Shown one piece after another: positions 29,053 to 38,058 of a stretch of 64,000 bases of DNA. Below the pieces are notes generated by a model that saw nothing but the letters and a program-made list of their open reading frames with translations, was not told where the DNA came from and searched no databases. Where the stretch lies: the NCBI GenBank assembly GCA_003213165.1, contig QCNO01000002.1, forward strand, positions 74,868 through 138,867, written 5' to 3'. The translations under genes and the position numbers were made by a program. The stretch's first letter is position 1. Each line of letters starts with the position of its first letter. This DNA comes from OCS155 cluster bacterium AG-426-D23. Its GTDB lineage: Bacteria; Actinomycetota; Acidimicrobiia; Actinomarinales; Actinomarinaceae.

Positions 29053-29664
29053 ATGATTACGCAAAAAGAAAGAGAACTTGGTTCAAGGTTTGCACTCATT
29101 AACATTGGTGCAACTATTGCATCTTTTGTAATACTTGCATTCGTAATTGGACCGGATCAAACAGGATACGATGAAAGCCTAGGGCCAATTACAAATTTAA
29201 TTGGACTAGCTCAAGGATTATCATTTTTAGGCATTGTTAGACTGTCTGGAAAGTTATTTAATTCAAATGAAAACCCTCTTTTAGCTGGAGCTGTAGCAGT
29301 TGCTTATGGGACAGCAGTTGTAGGGCTTATGTTTACATTAACTCCAACATTTATAGCTAACGGGTTTTACCAGGGAACTATGAGTGCTGATATGGTTACT
29401 GATTTAGGATTTGCTTTAAACTTTACGCAATTTCTAATTGGTGCACTCTGGGTATCTCAAGTGGTAAGAGCTGATAGTGGCCAGCTTCCATCATGGGGAA
29501 GAAATGTAGGAAACGCACAGGCCTATGGCAGTGCTGCTGTGCTTTTAGCCTTCTATTTTGGAGCAATTGGAGAAACATTGTTCGTTCCGGCGCTGGTACT
29601 TTTTGGAATTGTTTTATACCCACTATTTATTTTTGGACTATTTAAAGCATTTGCAGATCAATAG
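29053..29664 (+). CDS. membrane protein, paralogue B of the 27758 gene
   Basis: See 27758..28390. Confidence 0.7.
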   Translation: MITQKERELGSRFALINIGATIASFVILAFVIGPDQTGYDESLGPITNLIGLAQGLSFLGIVRLSGKLFNSNENPLLAGAVAVAYGTAVVGLMFTLTPTFIANGFYQGTMSADMVTDLGFALNFTQFLIGALWVSQVVRADSGQLPSWGRNVGNAQAYGSAAVLLAFYFGAIGETLFVPALVLFGIVLYPLFIFGLFKAFADQ

Positions 29665-29696
29665 GAAATTACTCCGTAGAGTAAAAAATTAAACAA

Positions 29697-30341
29697 ATGT
29701 ATGCAGTAGCAGTCAGTATTTTATTTCAAGATGGGAAGCTTGATGAACTCAAAGAGTTCTTTGAAAATACAGGCTTCCCAGCTTTAGAAATTCTTAAAGG
29801 AGACTTGTATTCAATAGCCTTTTTTAATCCAAAAGACAATGTAAACCTAGGCATTGCTTTTATGAAGGACAAAGAGACTGCAGATAAATTTGCACAAATT
29901 AGAAACGAGAACTTGATGCAAATTCAAGATCTGCTTGCTAGTTTCCCAAGGGTTTATGAAGGTGAACTATTGACTGGCAAGACCTTAAAAGACTCCCTTG
30001 TTGCAGAACCAAGAGAATCTTTGTTTTTGGCATTCGCAAAGTTGGATGTAAAAAATGCTGACGAATATATGAATCTCCAAAAAGAAATTTATCTACCAAA
30101 ACTGGAAAAAGATGAGGGAATTATTTCTTACGGATCAATTAAGATGGATGATAACACACTTGTTTTATTTGAGTTTTGGACTTCACACGATGCAAAACAC
30201 AGTTTTGATGAAAAACTTAATTCTGATGAAAATGTATACGAAAAATTCATGCCATTAATGGATGGATTTACAGATTACTATGGTGAACCGTTTGCTATGA
30301 GGCAATTTACAGACTTTAAAACAGGGGAATCAATTAACTAA
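29697..30341 (+). CDS. double ABM/Dabb-like protein, paralogue 2
   Basis: Second half LFLAFAKLD...LFEFWTSHDAKHSF aligns with the other two. Confidence 0.6.
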   Translation: MYAVAVSILFQDGKLDELKEFFENTGFPALEILKGDLYSIAFFNPKDNVNLGIAFMKDKETADKFAQIRNENLMQIQDLLASFPRVYEGELLTGKTLKDSLVAEPRESLFLAFAKLDVKNADEYMNLQKEIYLPKLEKDEGIISYGSIKMDDNTLVLFEFWTSHDAKHSFDEKLNSDENVYEKFMPLMDGFTDYYGEPFAMRQFTDFKTGESIN

Positions 30342-30356
30342 AAAAGAAAGGAAATT

Positions 30357-30992
30357 ATGTACTTTAGAATAACGATTCCATCTCTTCAGGATGGAAAAAA
30401 AGACGAAGCCATATCTTTTGTTAAAGAAAAAGTTATGCCTGAGTTTGATGGGACACCCGGACTTCTAACGATGATGGCAGCTATCACAGGGGAGACCTCT
30501 GGTGTTAATTTGGCTGCTTATGAAAGTAAGGAAGCTGTAGAAGCTGTGGAAGAAAAAATCCAAGGAGTACTATCAGAAGCAGCTGGAATGATGTCGGCAC
30601 CTCCTGTGATTTATCAAGGAGATGCAGTTTATGGCAAGGTCTATCAGACTATGGCTAAGGAAAGTACAAGACCAAGCTATTTAAGGTTGGTTGTTGGTGT
30701 TGCCAAAGACACAGACGCAGTATTGAGCTTCCTTAAAGAAAAAGTAGAACCAATTTATGAAGAGTCTGAAGGGCTTCAAGTAACAGGGGCAGTTTTTGAC
30801 GGGAGTAGCGCTATTAGTTGGAACTTCTGGGATTCTGAGGAAGAGATGAATGCAGCTGTTGAAAAATTACAAGCAGTACTGGACAGTGAATCAGAGTCCG
30901 AACTGTTTGATGGAAGCACTATAGCTTACATGGGGCCTGTGTATGCAGGTAAGTTGTTTATCGATTTTAATGAAGGAGATACTCCAACATAA
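30357..30992 (+). CDS. double ABM/Dabb-like protein, paralogue 3
   Basis: MYFRITIPSL...FDGTPGLL / SYLRLVVG...SWNFWDSEEEM, aligns with 28400..29041. Confidence 0.65.
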   Translation: MYFRITIPSLQDGKKDEAISFVKEKVMPEFDGTPGLLTMMAAITGETSGVNLAAYESKEAVEAVEEKIQGVLSEAAGMMSAPPVIYQGDAVYGKVYQTMAKESTRPSYLRLVVGVAKDTDAVLSFLKEKVEPIYEESEGLQVTGAVFDGSSAISWNFWDSEEEMNAAVEKLQAVLDSESESELFDGSTIAYMGPVYAGKLFIDFNEGDTPT

Positions 30993-31016
30993 ATCTTTTT
31001 GAATAGATAACGCATA

Positions 31017-31051
31017 GAAAAAAAGAGATTTTTATAAAATCTCTTTTTTTT
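31017..31051. terminator. bidirectional intrinsic terminator
   Basis: AAAAAAAGAGATTTT-TAT-AAAATCTCTTTTTTTT. Confidence 0.7.
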
Positions 31052-31212
31052 GTATTGAAAATATTTAGCATATTTCTATGTTTAGAAAAATAACTCCTAC
31101 AAGAGTGCTTCTTATCATGCTGCTTTTATATATACTTTTTTCTGAAGATGAAACAGCAAGAAGAATTAAGCAACTCCCTGAACTATTGTTAAATTATTTT
31201 TAAAATGAATTT

Positions 31213-31584
31213 ATGGACTTAAAAGATTTCTCAAATGTCGAGTACATAAATCTAGTCACTTACAAAAAAGACAAAACTCCTGTTACAACACCGGTATGGG
31301 TTGCAGACTTTTCTGATTCATTAGTTGTAACAACAAGCATTAATGCTGGAAAAGTAAAAAGGGTTAGAAACAACGGTAAAGCAACAATTTACACTACTAA
31401 CCAAAATGGTTCTAAAAAGTTATCAGAAAGCCTTGATCTAGAAGCCTCATTAATAGAGGATGGCGATATGAAAAAGCAAGCTGCAGATACAATCAGAAAA
31501 AAATATGGCATGATGGCAAAAATAATTATGAAAGGACCTGATATTAATCGGGCGATTATAAAACTAGAGGAAAGGAGGGGGTAA
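31213..31584 (+). CDS. PPOX-class (pyridoxamine 5'-phosphate oxidase-like, probably F420/FMN-binding) small protein
   Basis: 123 aa split-barrel pattern YINLVTYKKDKTPVTTPVWV...AGKVKRVRNNGKATI. Confidence 0.6.
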   Translation: MDLKDFSNVEYINLVTYKKDKTPVTTPVWVADFSDSLVVTTSINAGKVKRVRNNGKATIYTTNQNGSKKLSESLDLEASLIEDGDMKKQAADTIRKKYGMMAKIIMKGPDINRAIIKLEERRG

Positions 31585-31623
31585 TGTTTTGTCCAGAGTG
31601 TGGATGCGAAGATGAAAATTAAT

Positions 31624-32133
31624 TTATGAAAACCAACGATGTTTTCCAAAATGGTTTCTAGGAACAGCCGTTCCTTTATCTAGGTACCATTTGAAACCTC
31701 CTACAACTGAATTTAAATAAGATGTCAATTTAGGGTTTATATATAAATAATATGGAAAAAAAGCAATAAACTTAGGCCATTTTCTAAAAAAGAAAGGGTA
31801 CACGGTTATTTTTAACTCTGATCCAAGAGAATGCTCTGTAATTCTCCACTCAACATATGACTTTGGACCACGTTTTGTTCCAATCCACAAATTATAGCCA
31901 GTACCTTCAAACCATTCTGAAAACTCTCTTATAAATGTGAGGCCATTTAAATACACGAGTTTATCCTGATGGTTTTCGTCGTTCCAAACTAAAATTTCAT
32001 TTTCCTTACAAAATGGATGTGTATCGTTTAAATTATTTTCTTTTGAAATCGCATTCCATAATTCACCAGGCTTTTGGGAAAATACCTGACTACTTGTTGA
32101 GCTAAAACCTTTCATTAAATAAATATAAATCAT
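31624..32133 (-). CDS. SRPBCC-like (START/Bet v1 fold) protein
   Basis: About 165 aa, pattern consistent with the polyketide-cyclase/SRPBCC family; weak call. Confidence 0.45.
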   Translation of the reverse strand: MIYIYLMKGFSSTSSQVFSQKPGELWNAISKENNLNDTHPFCKENEILVWNDENHQDKLVYLNGLTFIREFSEWFEGTGYNLWIGTKRGPKSYVEWRITEHSLGSELKITVYPFFFRKWPKFIAFFPYYLYINPKLTSYLNSVVGGFKWYLDKGTAVPRNHFGKHRWFS

Positions 32134-32193
32134 CTTTATAAAAAATGTAAAAAATTATCACCTGTAAAAACTAAAACAAGCTAATTTAGACGT

Positions 32194-32253
32194 AGGTCAA
32201 TCACCTATGGAAGTGTGTTTGAGTGATTTTCAACGCATACACGTGATTGACCT
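32194..32253. repeat. 11-bp perfect inverted repeat closing a 38-nt segment
   Basis: AGGTCAATCAC (32194-32204) ... GTGATTGACCT (32243-32253); inner GTGTGT/ATACAC pairing. Confidence 0.6.
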
Positions 32254-32276
32254 TTCAAATAATTATAATTTTTTGT

Positions 32277-32329
32277 TCACAAAGTTGCAAGATTGTGATT
32301 TTATTTTCACAAAATATCCCATATTGTGA
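32277..32329. promoter_or_regulatory. array of four TCACAA / TTGTGA half-sites
   Basis: TCACAA 32277-32282, TTGTGA 32293-32298, TCACAA 32307-32312, TTGTGA 32324-32329; the last pair extends to 10-bp arms ATTTTCACAA/TTGTGAAAAT. Confidence 0.5.
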
Positions 32330-32396
32330 AAATGTAATCTTATAATATCTCTAATGTTCTATTCTTAACTATTTAATACAGTCCTATTAAGTTTTT

Positions 32397-33563
32397 TTAG
32401 AATAACACCAATGTAATTGCAAGAGCTAGACACATAACAAGACCATATTGTGCAATGAATACAGAGTACAACCTCTCACTCTTTTTCAATCTGATCACGC
32501 TTAGATTTGTTAGTGCATAATAAATTAGAATAAAAAATGCACTCATCTTTATTGCATTTGTGATATTAAGAGTATAAATTCCAATAACAACTGTCATTAG
32601 AACAAATACCTCCGCAATATACGCGGAGTTATTTTTTTTATGTATTTTTGAAAAAACAGATGGAAGAATGTTGTCTCTAGACATCGCAACATAGATTCTG
32701 CTTATTGCTGGCAGCAATGCAAGAAATACAGAAGCTGTTGCAATAGTAGATGCAAAGATTATTAGAAAGGAAAATTCTGATAAAACCGTTACATCCATAG
32801 CAACAAGTAGAGGAGTATTAGAGTTTGATATAACTTTCGGTCCTATAATCGCTAGGGCCAACCAATTAACAATTAGGTAAATTGAAACTGTTATACCTAA
32901 GCCTGTAAGTATTGAACTAGGTATTATTTTTTCAGGATTTTTTATCTCCTCTCCATATGTTGCAAGTCTTGAATATCCGGTAAATGCAAAAAACCAAATA
33001 GATGTAGATAGTAATAAGTTACTTATACTAAAGCCATCTAGTAAAGGAATAAGCACATTAGTTGAAGGTGTGATAAGAATTGCAATACAGAAAAAGGCTA
33101 AAATTGCTACGATTATTAGTACAAACCACTTAGCTAGTGCTGCAGTTTTTGTAATCCCTCTATATCCAATTACAAAAACTATTACAGATAATCCAACCCC
33201 AAGTTCTTTTCCATAGACTGGTGAAATATAATGACCAAGTGTTAGTGCTATAGCAACACAACTAACTGTTTTTCCAAATATAAAAACAATTCCGGCTATA
33301 TTTCCTGCCACAGTTCCCAATACTTTATTTGCATACAAATATGTACCACCTGTTTGGGGATATAAAGATGCAAGTTGGGCAGATGAGGAGGCATTTGCAA
33401 ATGCAAGAGTACTAGCTAACAGTAACCCTAAAATTGTAGAGTACGAGCTTATTTTTGAAGTGGGAGCTAAATTATAAAATAATCCAGCACCAATCATTGA
33501 ACTTAATCCAAGATACAGGGAGTTTTTCTTAGTTAAAGTCCTCAAAAAATTATTCTCATCCAT
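32397..33563 (-). CDS. APC-superfamily amino acid/polyamine permease
   Basis: 388 aa, about 11-12 TM helices, N-terminal GAGLF motif region. Confidence 0.8.
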   Translation of the reverse strand: MDENNFLRTLTKKNSLYLGLSSMIGAGLFYNLAPTSKISSYSTILGLLLASTLAFANASSSAQLASLYPQTGGTYLYANKVLGTVAGNIAGIVFIFGKTVSCVAIALTLGHYISPVYGKELGVGLSVIVFVIGYRGITKTAALAKWFVLIIVAILAFFCIAILITPSTNVLIPLLDGFSISNLLLSTSIWFFAFTGYSRLATYGEEIKNPEKIIPSSILTGLGITVSIYLIVNWLALAIIGPKVISNSNTPLLVAMDVTVLSEFSFLIIFASTIATASVFLALLPAISRIYVAMSRDNILPSVFSKIHKKNNSAYIAEVFVLMTVVIGIYTLNITNAIKMSAFFILIYYALTNLSVIRLKKSERLYSVFIAQYGLVMCLALAITLVLF

Positions 33564-33640
33564 AAAAGAATTTTAATTTAGTTTTATTACTTTCCGCTTT
33601 ATGAAAGTACAAATGTTTAAAATGGATTAAAGATAGAAAA

Positions 33641-34618
33641 ATGTTTAATAAATTATCACCAACACCGATCACAAATAAAACCCACAGAAGCCTTTTAATA
33701 TTTACTATGATTTGGTTTTTTTCTGGAGCGTGGATTGATTCAAGTGCACACACTTATCTTATAGATGATATTGAGACATTTTTTACGCCGTGGCACGGAG
33801 TACTTTACTCAGGGTATATTTTTTCGGCTCTAGTTGTCATGTATATAAAGAATACAATGAAGGACTATAAATTTGATGTAGGTGTTTTAGGTGCAGTCAT
33901 TTTTGGAATCGGTGGTGCTTCAGATGCTATTTGGCACACACTCCTTGGGATTGAAACTGGCGTCGAGCCACTCATCACCCCATCACATCTGTTGTTATTT
34001 TTGGGTGCTTTTTTAATGTTGGATTACATCTTCACTACAAGACCATCAAAAGAGAGACTTGACAATGCATCAATATTCTCTGCAGCAACAAGTTATGGAT
34101 TAGTTCTCTTTATAACACTTTTTATAAATCCATTTTTAAATATATGGACCTTTATTCGAAGAGATGATGAACTTGCTGCTGGAAGTGTAATCCTGCAAGC
34201 AATGCTTGCAAGTTTTATATTTATTTATGTTATTCGCTTTAAAGTTTCTCCAAAACAAATGTCTTCGATTTATCTTATTTCTTTTATTTATATATCAATA
34301 AATACAAGCCTGGGTGAGCCGGATCGAACATTATTAATCTGTATTTCAGGACTAATAATGTCTGCATTCATACATCAAATTACTAAATGGTATCAAACAA
34401 CAAACCATGACAGAAAAATCCAAATAAGTGCAGCTTTAGTCGCCGGCTCATACGGATTGGTCTTTGTTCTGCACCTGTTGGTATTTTCTGGATTGAATGA
34501 AATAGAACTTTCATGGCGTTTTTACGGGCTTGGAGGCCTCGTAACAACACCAATATTATTTGGTTATATGTTAGGAAATTTGGGTGTCAGTCCAACATCT
34601 GGTGAAGTAGTTAGCTAA
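33641..34618 (+). CDS. polytopic membrane protein, unknown
   Basis: 325 aa, 8+ TM helices with several conserved-looking His (SSAHTY, PWHG, AIWHT, PSHLL). Confidence 0.6.
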   Translation: MFNKLSPTPITNKTHRSLLIFTMIWFFSGAWIDSSAHTYLIDDIETFFTPWHGVLYSGYIFSALVVMYIKNTMKDYKFDVGVLGAVIFGIGGASDAIWHTLLGIETGVEPLITPSHLLLFLGAFLMLDYIFTTRPSKERLDNASIFSAATSYGLVLFITLFINPFLNIWTFIRRDDELAAGSVILQAMLASFIFIYVIRFKVSPKQMSSIYLISFIYISINTSLGEPDRTLLICISGLIMSAFIHQITKWYQTTNHDRKIQISAALVAGSYGLVFVLHLLVFSGLNEIELSWRFYGLGGLVTTPILFGYMLGNLGVSPTSGEVVS

Positions 34619-35474
34619 TTTTTTTATACTTTCTGAGATGAATAAATCTATTGATTTTAAATAAGCCTTTTTTTCTTAAAGTTTCAACTTTGTACCGTAG
34701 TTGTTGAGTTGCAATATCATTATTATTGCTGAGTTGTGAAACATTGATTGGTTTTCCAATGACGATAGAGATAGGCTTTTCACTTTTATTAAATAACTCG
34801 TTCAACTGAGAAACATCTCTTAATTGTTTGCTTGTAATAGACGCAAAATAAAAGAACCATGAATTCTTTCCTTCAATATGAACAGGTATTAATGGAAAAT
34901 TGTTTCTTTTTGCAAGTATTATTGGCGTCTTCTCCCAGCTTCTATCCCACAATCCAAACAATGTAAGCTTAGAAAGCCGTCCAGAGGGAAATATTATTCC
35001 TGGCCTATTGTCATTAAAGAAAGTATTGAGTCTCTCAAAAGTATCTCTTGTCGCTGAGTGTGTCTCCTTCTCTTTGTTCCAAACAACAGGAGCCATTACA
35101 TTGTGAAATGAACCAAGTAAATAAACAAAAAGCTCATTAGCAAAGAAAAACACATCTTTCCTGACCTTATACAGTTGACTATACAAGGCGATTGCATCAG
35201 CAGCACCCATTGGATGATTAGCTACAAGTAGACAACTTCCATTACTTGGTATATTCTCTAATCCTTCCACAGAACAGTTATTTGTGTATCTATCTCCTAA
35301 CCAATTAAATGCATCTGCACCAGACATGTTTTGTATGTAATCTCCTGCGTATATTGTTTCATCGAATCTAAGCAATTTTTTAAGGAGGTTAAAAATTAAT
35401 ATTGATACGGGATTTTTTTTTGCTAACCATGGAGCTCGCTGTTCAACAAGGTTATTAATTTTTTCTTCCATCAC
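34611..35474 (-). CDS. lysophospholipid-acyltransferase-like protein
   Basis: VANHPMGAADA (NHPxGxxD variant of the acyltransferase His-Asp motif), FPSGRLS. Confidence 0.65.
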   Translation of the reverse strand: MMEEKINNLVEQRAPWLAKKNPVSILIFNLLKKLLRFDETIYAGDYIQNMSGADAFNWLGDRYTNNCSVEGLENIPSNGSCLLVANHPMGAADAIALYSQLYKVRKDVFFFANELFVYLLGSFHNVMAPVVWNKEKETHSATRDTFERLNTFFNDNRPGIIFPSGRLSKLTLFGLWDRSWEKTPIILAKRNNFPLIPVHIEGKNSWFFYFASITSKQLRDVSQLNELFNKSEKPISIVIGKPINVSQLSNNNDIATQQLRYKVETLRKKGLFKINRFIHLRKYKKIS

Positions 35475-36139
35475 GCTTTAAACCTACTTTTCTTTCCCTT
35501 GATCCCATCAAACTTAATTCTTAGTTTTTTAATAACATCTTCTATGTCACCATCAATTTCGAAGGATTCTAAAATATTAAATATCTGATTTTCGTAATCA
35601 ATCTGTACTGGCATAACTTCTGCGTTCAATTCTCTTGCAATATATAAAAAGCTAGTTCTAAATCTATCCGCATCAAACCTTCCTTCCGGAGTGACTATCA
35701 ACAAAAAAGAGTCTCTTTTTCTTAACTCTTTTACTACAGAATCGTATTGTCTACTGTTTTCTTTTCTATCAACAGGAATGGCTCCAAACTTTCTAAAAAC
35801 TTTTTCTTGTAGCCATCCAAGCGGCCATCGAACTCCTTGTTCGTCAATATCTTTTGATTTTTCAAAGGGATTAGGGATCCTTCTCATTGTCCACTTTGCA
35901 GACAGGTAACACACATCTACATCTAAAGCGAGAATAATTAAAATCATTAAATACTCGTCCTTACTCGATTGATGCGGTGCTGCAACTAAAACAACTCTTT
36001 TGTTATCTAAAAAACTTCCAACAGGACGAATATTTTCAAATAGAAGTAAAAATCTTGCAAGATATTTTAAGAAAAATCTTTTTTTTCGAGGGGTTAGAGA
36101 ACTAACGGTTATATCTGGAAGAATTTTAGTATACGTCAT
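35471..36139 (-). CDS. PlsC-family acyltransferase
   Basis: HX4D (APHQSSKDE) and VTPEGRF motifs; 4-nt overlap with the downstream gene. Confidence 0.75.
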   Translation of the reverse strand: MTYTKILPDITVSSLTPRKKRFFLKYLARFLLLFENIRPVGSFLDNKRVVLVAAPHQSSKDEYLMILIILALDVDVCYLSAKWTMRRIPNPFEKSKDIDEQGVRWPLGWLQEKVFRKFGAIPVDRKENSRQYDSVVKELRKRDSFLLIVTPEGRFDADRFRTSFLYIARELNAEVMPVQIDYENQIFNILESFEIDGDIEDVIKKLRIKFDGIKGKKSRFKA

Positions 36140-36158
36140 TTTCCTTCAATAAAATATT

Positions 36159-36854
36159 TTAGTAGGTTTGCTCCTCTGGATTTTCGATAAAAGACACATT
36201 ATTAAACTCTTTTAGCCTAAAAAAATGGCCATCTGATATTGCCATAGACCTCAACCTTGTGTGACCTGTGTGTCTTGGCAAGAACTTTTTCCACGTCCAT
36301 GCATAAAGAGGCATATTCAAAAAATATGAAAGCAAAACAGACATTGTTCCCGCGTGCGAAATAATCATCAAATTTTCTAGCGAATCATCTCTTATTTCAA
36401 ATTTCTTATCGAACGTATCGTCGATACACACAATACCTAATTTCTCTAACTCCCCTTCAAGATTAGTGATTATTTTTTTGCCAAAATCTTGCATATATAA
36501 TCCATGACTACTGACTGCCCACTCTTCAAAAGTTTGACTATTTCTTTTTTCAAAAAAACTCATTATTTCGTCGCTACTTTTTCCATATAAAGCTACCTCA
36601 TCTTTGTCTTCCATCTCCTTTAACCACTCAAAAGTCTTTATCTCTTTTGCAACTTCATTCGTCTCAAATGGAGTAAGTGTTTGTGCTGCTCTATTTAAGG
36701 GGGACACCCAAAGTTGGTCAATACTATGTTTTGTGAATTGTCTTGCCGATTTTGTGGATTGAATATATCCAAGTTCCGTTAGGCCAGGATTTCTTTGATA
36801 TTCATCATTTATCATCCATTCAGGTTGACCGTGGCGTATAAGTACTATTTCCAT
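36159..36854 (-). CDS. histidine phosphatase family protein
   Basis: LIRHGQPEW (RHG motif), SPLNRAAQT, ISHAGT. Confidence 0.85.
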   Translation of the reverse strand: MEIVLIRHGQPEWMINDEYQRNPGLTELGYIQSTKSARQFTKHSIDQLWVSPLNRAAQTLTPFETNEVAKEIKTFEWLKEMEDKDEVALYGKSSDEIMSFFEKRNSQTFEEWAVSSHGLYMQDFGKKIITNLEGELEKLGIVCIDDTFDKKFEIRDDSLENLMIISHAGTMSVLLSYFLNMPLYAWTWKKFLPRHTGHTRLRSMAISDGHFFRLKEFNNVSFIENPEEQTY

Positions 36855-36918
36855 AACAAAACAATAGCTAAATTAGGTTATTCTGATACCTAAAGAAAAA
36901 AATAAAAAGAAAGTAAAA

Positions 36919-37146
36919 ATGATAAGACCTTTTTTATTCGGACTCACCTTATCTTATCTTGCTATAGATAACATTCTTGATGGACCTTTTAGAGAATTTC
37001 TAGCAACATATTTTGATTTAAAAGCATTTGGAACAAATACTAGAGAAGAGTATCTATATTACCTTCTACTTTTTCTTGGACTTTTTCAAATAATCGTTTC
37101 TATTAATGAGGCATTAAGCTCCCCAAGCTTAAATGAAGAGGAATAA
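36919..37146 (+). CDS. small membrane protein
   Basis: 75 aa, two hydrophobic helices. Confidence 0.4.
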   Translation: MIRPFLFGLTLSYLAIDNILDGPFREFLATYFDLKAFGTNTREEYLYYLLLFLGLFQIIVSINEALSSPSLNEEE

Positions 37147-37194
37147 TCTTAAATAATTTATTAATATTATTAAGTATCTTATAAAAGGAGAAAT

Positions 37195-37725
37195 ATGTTT
37201 GATTTAAGAGAAGGAGATTTAAAAGTAGCAAAAATTTTATGGAATATAGCAATTCCTCTTTTTCTTGCTGCACCTGTTGCCTATTTTGCAGGGATCGAGT
37301 TTCCATTCGGGTTTTTTAATTTGTTCATGGCTATTGCCGTTTACTATGCTTTGAAAATTTGTACAGATGCAGAGAAGTCTTTAATGACTCCATTCTTTTT
37401 GTTATTTTTAGCTGGTGGAGTAATGGACGCATATGCACAGGGAAATACTATTGCTTATGGCACTGAGTTTGATATTTACTCACCAGGATCCCATATTTTG
37501 TTTATGCTCTTTCTACTTTCCTCATATTGGGGGTTTAAGTCTATAATTCCCAACTGGGCAAGAATTGCTGTTTTGATTGCCGGTATAAGTCAGGTTGTAG
37601 CTTCCTATGCTTCTCTTATCGCAGACAATGCTTTACATGACATTGCAGACACAGGTGCATTTTTAATGTTATTTTTCTTGTTTGCAGTCAGAAATGCAGT
37701 AGTAGATGCTGCAAAAAGTGGATAA
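37195..37725 (+). CDS. polytopic membrane protein, unknown
   Basis: 176 aa, 5 TM helices; RBS AAGGAG. Confidence 0.6.
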   Translation: MFDLREGDLKVAKILWNIAIPLFLAAPVAYFAGIEFPFGFFNLFMAIAVYYALKICTDAEKSLMTPFFLLFLAGGVMDAYAQGNTIAYGTEFDIYSPGSHILFMLFLLSSYWGFKSIIPNWARIAVLIAGISQVVASYASLIADNALHDIADTGAFLMLFFLFAVRNAVVDAAKSG

Positions 37726-37754
37726 AGTTCGCGAAAAAAGGATTAGTAAATATC

Positions 37755-37783
37755 TTGCATAAGATCAAAAGCTAATTTATATT
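37755..37783 (+). promoter_or_regulatory. promoter of sRNA copy 1
   Basis: TTGCAT (37755-37760) -17 nt- TATATT (37778-37783); TTCGCGAA palindrome at 37728-37735. Confidence 0.55.
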
Positions 37784-37789
37784 TATAAC

Positions 37790-37875
37790 ACTATCAGAAA
37801 AGAAATCGAAAGATGGAAAAGAAGATAGAATAGAAAATCCCGAAGGGCCGAGAGGTCAATCGGGATTTTTGCTTT
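37790..37875 (+). ncRNA. candidate small RNA, tandem copy 1 (ends approximate)
   Basis: Purine-rich 5' part, AUC-GAAA-GAU mini-hairpin (37805-37814), then 10-bp stem AAAATCCCGA/TCGGGATTTT (37834-37869) enclosing GGCC-GAGA-GGUC, then UUUUUGCUUU. Confidence 0.55.
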
Positions 37876-37938
37876 ACAGATGATGGTTTTTATAAAATTT
37901 ATGTATAAAAGTTCGCGAAAAAAACAGACGAAAATTTC

Positions 37939-37967
37939 TTGCCAAAATAGCAAATCCACACTATTTT
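37939..37967 (+). promoter_or_regulatory. promoter of sRNA copy 2
   Basis: TTGCCA (37939-37944) -17 nt- TATTTT (37962-37967); TTCGCGAA at 37912-37919; exactly 184 nt from copy 1. Confidence 0.5.
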
Positions 37968-37973
37968 TATATA

Positions 37974-38058
37974 ACTATCAGAAATGAAGTCGCAAGACCT
38001 AATAGAAGATAGTAAGAAAATCCCGGAGGGTCGCAAGATCAATCGGGATTTTCACTTT
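37974..38058 (+). ncRNA. candidate small RNA, tandem copy 2 (ends approximate)
   Basis: GUC-GCAA-GAC (37989-37998); outer stem 38017-38052 enclosing GGUC-GCAA-GAUC; UUUUCACUUU tail. Confidence 0.55.

Noticed and set aside
31078-31203. 41-codon ORF (MFRKITPTRVLLIMLLLYILFSEDETARRIKQLPELLLNYF*) after the terminator.
   Set aside because: There is no SD and no supporting paralogue. It is a possible small membrane protein but is unsupported.
33556-33753. 65-aa minus-strand ORF overlapping the permease start and the 33641 gene; also 37103..37306 (-) and 24552..24761 (-).
   Set aside because: They overlap better-supported genes or promoter regions, have biased composition and lack an SD.
37790-38058. 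Small proteins encoded in the tandem units (for example MEKKIE* in copy 1, MKSQDLI* in copy 2).
   Set aside because: The ORFs are neither conserved between the two copies nor preceded by an SD. Substitutions preserve RNA helices instead.
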